NCBI GenBank assembly: GCA_030739585.1
Contig: JASLYX010000003.1
Span: 39,812-103,811, forward strand
From: Candidatus Bathyarchaeota archaeon
Lineage (GTDB): Archaea; Thermoproteota; Bathyarchaeia; TCS64
Direction of reading: 5' to 3'
DNA: 64,000 nucleotides
Below the pieces are notes generated by a model. The model searched no databases, was not told the origin of the DNA, and saw nothing but the letters and a program-made list of their open reading frames with translations. Below are positions 59,732 through 64,000 of the stretch, one piece after another (position 1 is the stretch's first letter; the number at the start of each line of letters is the position of its first letter). Made by a program: the position numbers and the translations under genes.

Positions 59732-60603
59732 TGGGTTCGACCTCCCATCATCTCCTGCATGACATCTCCCTCGGCCTCGAGGGATTCAAGAATACACCCA
59801 ATCGTAAAAGGATGGGACACCCCCACGGTTTCGTGAAGCTCCCTGATGCTCATGAGATCGTTGGATTCTCTTAAGGCATTTAAAACCGCGGTCCTCAGAT
59901 CCTTAACGGCTTTGATGCTCTCCTCAACTTGACGTCTCGTATCTTCCCCCCTGAGCACCTCTTTTCTGGAGGGGGGAAATGGATGACCATTCACGATGGT
60001 CTTGATGGGTTCTCCAAGGAGTCGTTTCATCGAGGCGATGTATGCTCTTGTGTCATGGAAGATCAGGGGGCGCCTCTCTCCCCTCCCCTGAATACTGTCC
60101 CCTGCAATGTACAGACCGAGTCCAGGTTCGACGATACAGCACGAGCCCGCGGAATGACCTGGTGTATGGACGACCTCCAGAACCCTCCCGTCGAGGGATA
60201 TCCTAGATCCATCCGTGAATACGATCTCAGGTTCAACGGCGTCGAGGCCTGCCATGTTTCCCGAGGGTATTCCGGGAAATCTAGTTGTGAGGTCCTGGGT
60301 CACCTTCTCCGGGTCAGTCAGGTAGGCCTCCCCATTGACGTGTACAGCTACTTTGCAACTCGTCTCTTTCTTAATCTGGGCAGCCCCGGCGCAATGGTCC
60401 CAGTGCGTATGGGTGAGGATAAGAAGGGAAATCTCCTGAGGGTCCCTCCCTAGGGTCCTTATGGCGGGGTATATTGATGCCTCTGGGGACTCCACCCTAC
60501 CTGCATCCACTAGGGTCAGACTCTCACCTACGATGAGGACCGAGCTCACGAAATAGGTGCTATGAGGATTCTTGATTAGGTGTATCCCGTCTTCTATCTC
60601 CAA
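59719..60603 (-). CDS. MBL-fold metallo-hydrolase with a probable C-terminal winged helix
   Basis: LVDAG, THTHWDH, TPGHS, AGD, NGH. Confidence 0.85.
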   Translation of the reverse strand: MEIEDGIHLIKNPHSTYFVSSVLIVGESLTLVDAGRVESPEASIYPAIRTLGRDPQEISLLILTHTHWDHCAGAAQIKKETSCKVAVHVNGEAYLTDPEKVTQDLTTRFPGIPSGNMAGLDAVEPEIVFTDGSRISLDGRVLEVVHTPGHSAGSCCIVEPGLGLYIAGDSIQGRGERRPLIFHDTRAYIASMKRLLGEPIKTIVNGHPFPPSRKEVLRGEDTRRQVEESIKAVKDLRTAVLNALRESNDLMSIRELHETVGVSHPFTIGCILESLEAEGDVMQEMMGGRTHWQA

Positions 60604-61013
60604 GGGTCATCGCCGTTGCAAGCAGTTCTATACATAGCTGGACAGAGGGGTCAATTTAAGGATGAGACTCACCCGGAGATTACTGGTTGATGAATGCCCG
60701 TCGTCGCGCCCGTAACGGATAAACTGCAACGTATAAACAAGACTTTGTGGAATAGACACAGCGAGACTCAAAGCATCAAGATCAGCTTCTTGTTTATCTA
60801 TTGCACCATCTCATCGAAGGACTTTGTCTTTATAAGGAAATGATCTAATTGATCAATCTTGATGAAATGGGTCTTTATGTACATAGGTATGTAAATATAA
60901 CATCGGATTAATTCAGGATTTAACAAAAACAGTTGAGGTGGATCCGTTGAATTGCAGAAAATTTTTCTAAGAACATGTTTTATCAGACCAACGTCCTCTG
61001 GCAAAGGATCTAG

Positions 61014-62138
61014 TTGACGGTTATAGATATCGCGAAATCTCTCATCTCGTTTGATACTTCGGGGCCACCGGCAAAGGAAATGCCTCTAGCCAAGTGGATA
61101 AGGGACTTCCTCATGGACCTCAGTGTGGATGTTGAGCTCCAGGAAGTCGAGAAGGACAGGGCCAACGTCATAGCAAAAATCGGGGAGGGGGCAGGACCAG
61201 GCCTGATCCTGTCAGGGCACATAGATACTGTGCTTGCTGGGGATCCAGCACTATGGAGCGTTTCAGGGCCATTCGAGCCCGTTGTAAGGGATGGTAGGGT
61301 CTACGGCCGGGGGGCTAGTGATATGAAGGGGCCTTGTGCGTCCATGATCCAAGCTGCAAAGGAGATCAGGAAGGAGGGCCTCAAAAGGCAACTCACCCTA
61401 GTCTTCACGGCGGGGGAGGACACCGGGGGTTGGTTCGTAGACCGAGTACTGAAAGAGGGAAAAGTGACTAAGGAGGAGGCCCGCTTCGGTGTAGTGGGGG
61501 AGCCCACTATGCTGAAAGTGGGCCGCACCCATAAAGGGTATGCCTACGCCTCGTTGGTGGTGAACGGCAAGGCGGCTCACAGCAGCAGACCTGAAACGGG
61601 GATCAATGCGATCACAAGGGGAGCGGAGGTCCTCCGAGGCATCTCAGAGCTCCAAGACGAGCTCAACGGGAGCCCTCATCCCCTCATGGGTCCATCCACC
61701 ATTAAGCCCACACTCATTAAGGGAGGCATCAAATCAAACATCATCCCAAACCGCTGCGAGATCACATTGAATGCTCGACTCATACCTGCCCATGCAGATG
61801 TGCATACTATCAAAGGCTGGTTGAGGAGGCTAATTGGGGGGAGTGATAAAGGTTACGAGGGCTCGGTGGAGGTAACCGTACCTAAGGTCAGGAATCCCCT
61901 GGATATTCCTGGGAACAGCGAGATCGTAAAGCTTCTTACAAGAGTCCTGGGATCCGAGCCCGTCGGGGTGTCATATTTTTCCGAGGCAGGAGACTATACC
62001 GAGGCGGGGATACCGACAGTGTTATGTGGCCCAGGCAGCATTGATCAGGGCCACACCGCTAACGAGTTCATAGCGATAGACCAGCTAAAGAAGGGCGTGA
62101 AGGTGTATAAGAGGATAATTGAGGAGATCTGCCTATAA
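61014..62138 (+). CDS. M20 ArgE/DapE-like deacylase
   Basis: LSGHIDTV, YGRGASDMKG, AGED, VGEPT, GKAAHSS, GPG...GH. Confidence 0.9.
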   Translation: MTVIDIAKSLISFDTSGPPAKEMPLAKWIRDFLMDLSVDVELQEVEKDRANVIAKIGEGAGPGLILSGHIDTVLAGDPALWSVSGPFEPVVRDGRVYGRGASDMKGPCASMIQAAKEIRKEGLKRQLTLVFTAGEDTGGWFVDRVLKEGKVTKEEARFGVVGEPTMLKVGRTHKGYAYASLVVNGKAAHSSRPETGINAITRGAEVLRGISELQDELNGSPHPLMGPSTIKPTLIKGGIKSNIIPNRCEITLNARLIPAHADVHTIKGWLRRLIGGSDKGYEGSVEVTVPKVRNPLDIPGNSEIVKLLTRVLGSEPVGVSYFSEAGDYTEAGIPTVLCGPGSIDQGHTANEFIAIDQLKKGVKVYKRIIEEICL

Positions 62139-62400
62139 ACTGTAGAACATGAGGCCAAAAAAAATCTATTTCCTAGTTTGACATAAAATAAGTTCTTCAT
62201 ATCGTTTTACTGGCTATAATATATGGCGCGCGCTCTTTAGTTTCCTCGTAGCAGGTGTCACCATCTCTAAGGGACGTAGGCAAGGGATACTAGAAACATG
62301 TATCACTTCAAGCGGAATCGGGTTTAAAAATTGGTAAATAATGAGACGCAAAGAGGTCATAAGTTAGCTCTGCATACCTGAGGCCATCATCAAGAACCAG

Positions 62401-62736
62401 CTATCTCGCAGTGACTTTCTTGTGGAAGCAGCTTCTTTCTCTGAGGTGGCACGCAGGCCCCTTTTGATCCACGAGGTAGATGACGGCGTCGTTATCGCAG
62501 TCCGTCAAAATTTCAGTTATCCTTTGCACGTTACCGCTCGTCTCCCCCTTTTTCATAACCCTGCTGTGGCTCCTTCGATAGTAGTGGGCCCAGCCCGTCT
62601 CCTGGCTCATCTTCAGGGCCTTTTGGTCAATATATGCCAGGGTGAGGACTTCGAGAGTGCCTGCGTCCTGGGCGATTACCGGGATCAACCCCCCCATCTT
62701 TTCCCAGTTAAGGTCTCCGATGTTCACGTCCTTCAT
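62401..62736 (-). CDS. hisI: phosphoribosyl-AMP cyclohydrolase
   Basis: [29 protein letters not shown]. Confidence 0.95.
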   Translation of the reverse strand: MKDVNIGDLNWEKMGGLIPVIAQDAGTLEVLTLAYIDQKALKMSQETGWAHYYRRSHSRVMKKGETSGNVQRITEILTDCDNDAVIYLVDQKGPACHLRERSCFHKKVTAR

Positions 62737-63533
62737 TTCCTGATCTCCACGCCCTCTGTCCGGAGATACTCCTTAACGACGGGAACGGGGTAGTTCCCAT
62801 AGTGGAACACAGATGCGGCGAGAGCTGCGTCTGCTTTTCCCTCGATGAATGCCTTTAGGAAGTGTCTCGGATCCCCTGCTCCGCCGCTGGCCACAATAGG
62901 AACCCCAACGGTACAAGACAGCTCATTATAGAGGATGTTATCAAAGCCAGTCTTGGTGCCATCTCTGTCCATGCTTGTAACTAGGAGCTCCCCAGCACCT
63001 AGGTCCTCGGCCCTGACGGCCCATCTCAGGGCGTCCATTCCCGTCGCCTTCCTTCCTCCGTAGGTATATACCTCAAACCAGCAGGGGCCCTCTGGGGTCT
63101 GAACCATAGTCTGGTCCCCCCTTTCCTCATATCTCCTCCTGACGTCAATGGCAACCACTGTGCACTGGGAACCAAAGAGCTCAGATATCTCGGTGATCTG
63201 TTCTGGGTGCTCCACTGCAGCGGTGTTCAGGCTGGTCTTGTCGGCCCCGTTCCTCAAGATATCCCGGACGTCCTCCTTAGTCCTAATTCCGCCCCCCACG
63301 GTGAAGGGGATATCAAGCTCCGTAGCGACAGACCTGACGAGCCTGCTTAGGGTGCCTCTCCCCTCTATGGAGGCGGCGATGTCCAAGAACACTAGCTCAT
63401 CAGCGCCGTCTCTGTTGTAGAGTTTGGCTAACTCCACTGGGTCCCCGGCGTCTTTCAGATCTATGAAATGGGTCCCTTTGACGACCCTTCCCTCCTTTAC
63501 ATCGAGGCAGGGGATGATGCGCTTAGCTAACAT
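62733..63533 (-). CDS. hisF: imidazole glycerol phosphate synthase cyclase subunit
   Basis: [44 protein letters not shown]. Confidence 0.97.
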   Translation of the reverse strand: MLAKRIIPCLDVKEGRVVKGTHFIDLKDAGDPVELAKLYNRDGADELVFLDIAASIEGRGTLSRLVRSVATELDIPFTVGGGIRTKEDVRDILRNGADKTSLNTAAVEHPEQITEISELFGSQCTVVAIDVRRRYEERGDQTMVQTPEGPCWFEVYTYGGRKATGMDALRWAVRAEDLGAGELLVTSMDRDGTKTGFDNILYNELSCTVGVPIVASGGAGDPRHFLKAFIEGKADAALAASVFHYGNYPVPVVKEYLRTEGVEIRK

Positions 63534-63536
63534 CCT

Positions 63537-64000
63537 TTAGGCCTCCACGCAGCGGATAGCCTCCGGCAGGGTGAAGACCACCTCGTAGAGGGCCTTTCCC
63601 ACCACTATGGCCTTCACACCGGTTCCTAGTAGCGTGCCTATATCTCCAAGGGATCCTACACCCCCTGAGGCGATAATGGACGCGTGTCTGGATACTTTGG
63701 AATAAGTCTCTGTGTCAGGGCCCTCTAAGGTCCCGTCCCGACTGGTGTCAGTTATCAGGAACCATCTTAATCCGAGGCTGATAAAATCCCTAAGGGCATC
63801 ACAGAGGGGCTTACCGGTGGACTCCTTCCACCCTTTGTCAAGGACTATGCCTTGCTTGTGGTCAAGGGCGATCACGATCCTGTCCTTCCCATTTTCCTCA
63901 CAGAGACCAGATACAAGTTCGGGGGACTTAATGGCCAAGGAGCCAAGGATTATCCTGTCCACGCCCTTTCCCAATAGGGTTTGCGCAGATTCTAGACTTC
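63537..64000 (-). CDS. hisA: ProFAR isomerase (5' part outside the window)
   Basis: Open to the window edge; GVDRIILGS, TDTSRDGTLEG, IASGGV, VVGKALY. Confidence 0.9.
   Translation of the reverse strand, partial: SLESAQTLLGKGVDRIILGSLAIKSPELVSGLCEENGKDRIVIALDHKQGIVLDKGWKESTGKPLCDALRDFISLGLRWFLITDTSRDGTLEGPDTETYSKVSRHASIIASGGVGSLGDIGTLLGTGVKAIVVGKALYEVVFTLPEAIRCVEA

Noticed and set aside
60610-61010. Protein-like frames with several stops in this spacer, and similarly at 7560-7650, 21000-21300, 32510-32730 and 50300-50750
   Set aside because: No family motif could be recognised with confidence.
143-63420. The many 60-300 aa ORFs in the track that overlap longer recognised genes in other frames or on the opposite strand
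   Set aside because: Shadow ORFs with no motifs, explained by the overlapping real genes.

Overview
Archaeal chromosomal window. The gene set (aglB, aIF5A plus deoxyhypusine synthase, AcnX/DUF126/UbiD modified mevalonate pathway, many peptidases) is most consistent with a TACK archaeon such as Ca. Bathyarchaeia; this is inference, not a database result. Housekeeping blocks: thrB-thrC-aspartokinase, tmk, mevalonate cluster, aglB, ppiC-eif5a-dys, gcvT-gcvH-tRNA-Leu(CAG), ndk, nadC-nadA, nth, a GlcNAc-1-P-transferase-led glycan cluster and hisA-hisF-hisI. These are interleaved with many amidohydrolase/peptidase genes and about ten pseudogene scars. Most notable observations: (1) a nitrilase with two divergent alternative 3' ends and a perfect 84-bp direct repeat that brackets a membrane-anchored (Pro-Ser)n-stalk beta-helix gene; (2) a GNAT acetyltransferase fused to an SSB/RPA-type OB fold; (3) strong enrichment of alternating (CG)n runs in intergenic DNA; (4) a PD-(D/E)XK nuclease-like gene split by one extra base in a G6 tract; (5) an AT-rich tmk with a PIP-like tail; (6) a cupin interrupted by a single amber codon. 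No CRISPR array, rRNA, integrase or intact transposase was seen. All family calls come from motif recognition by eye.
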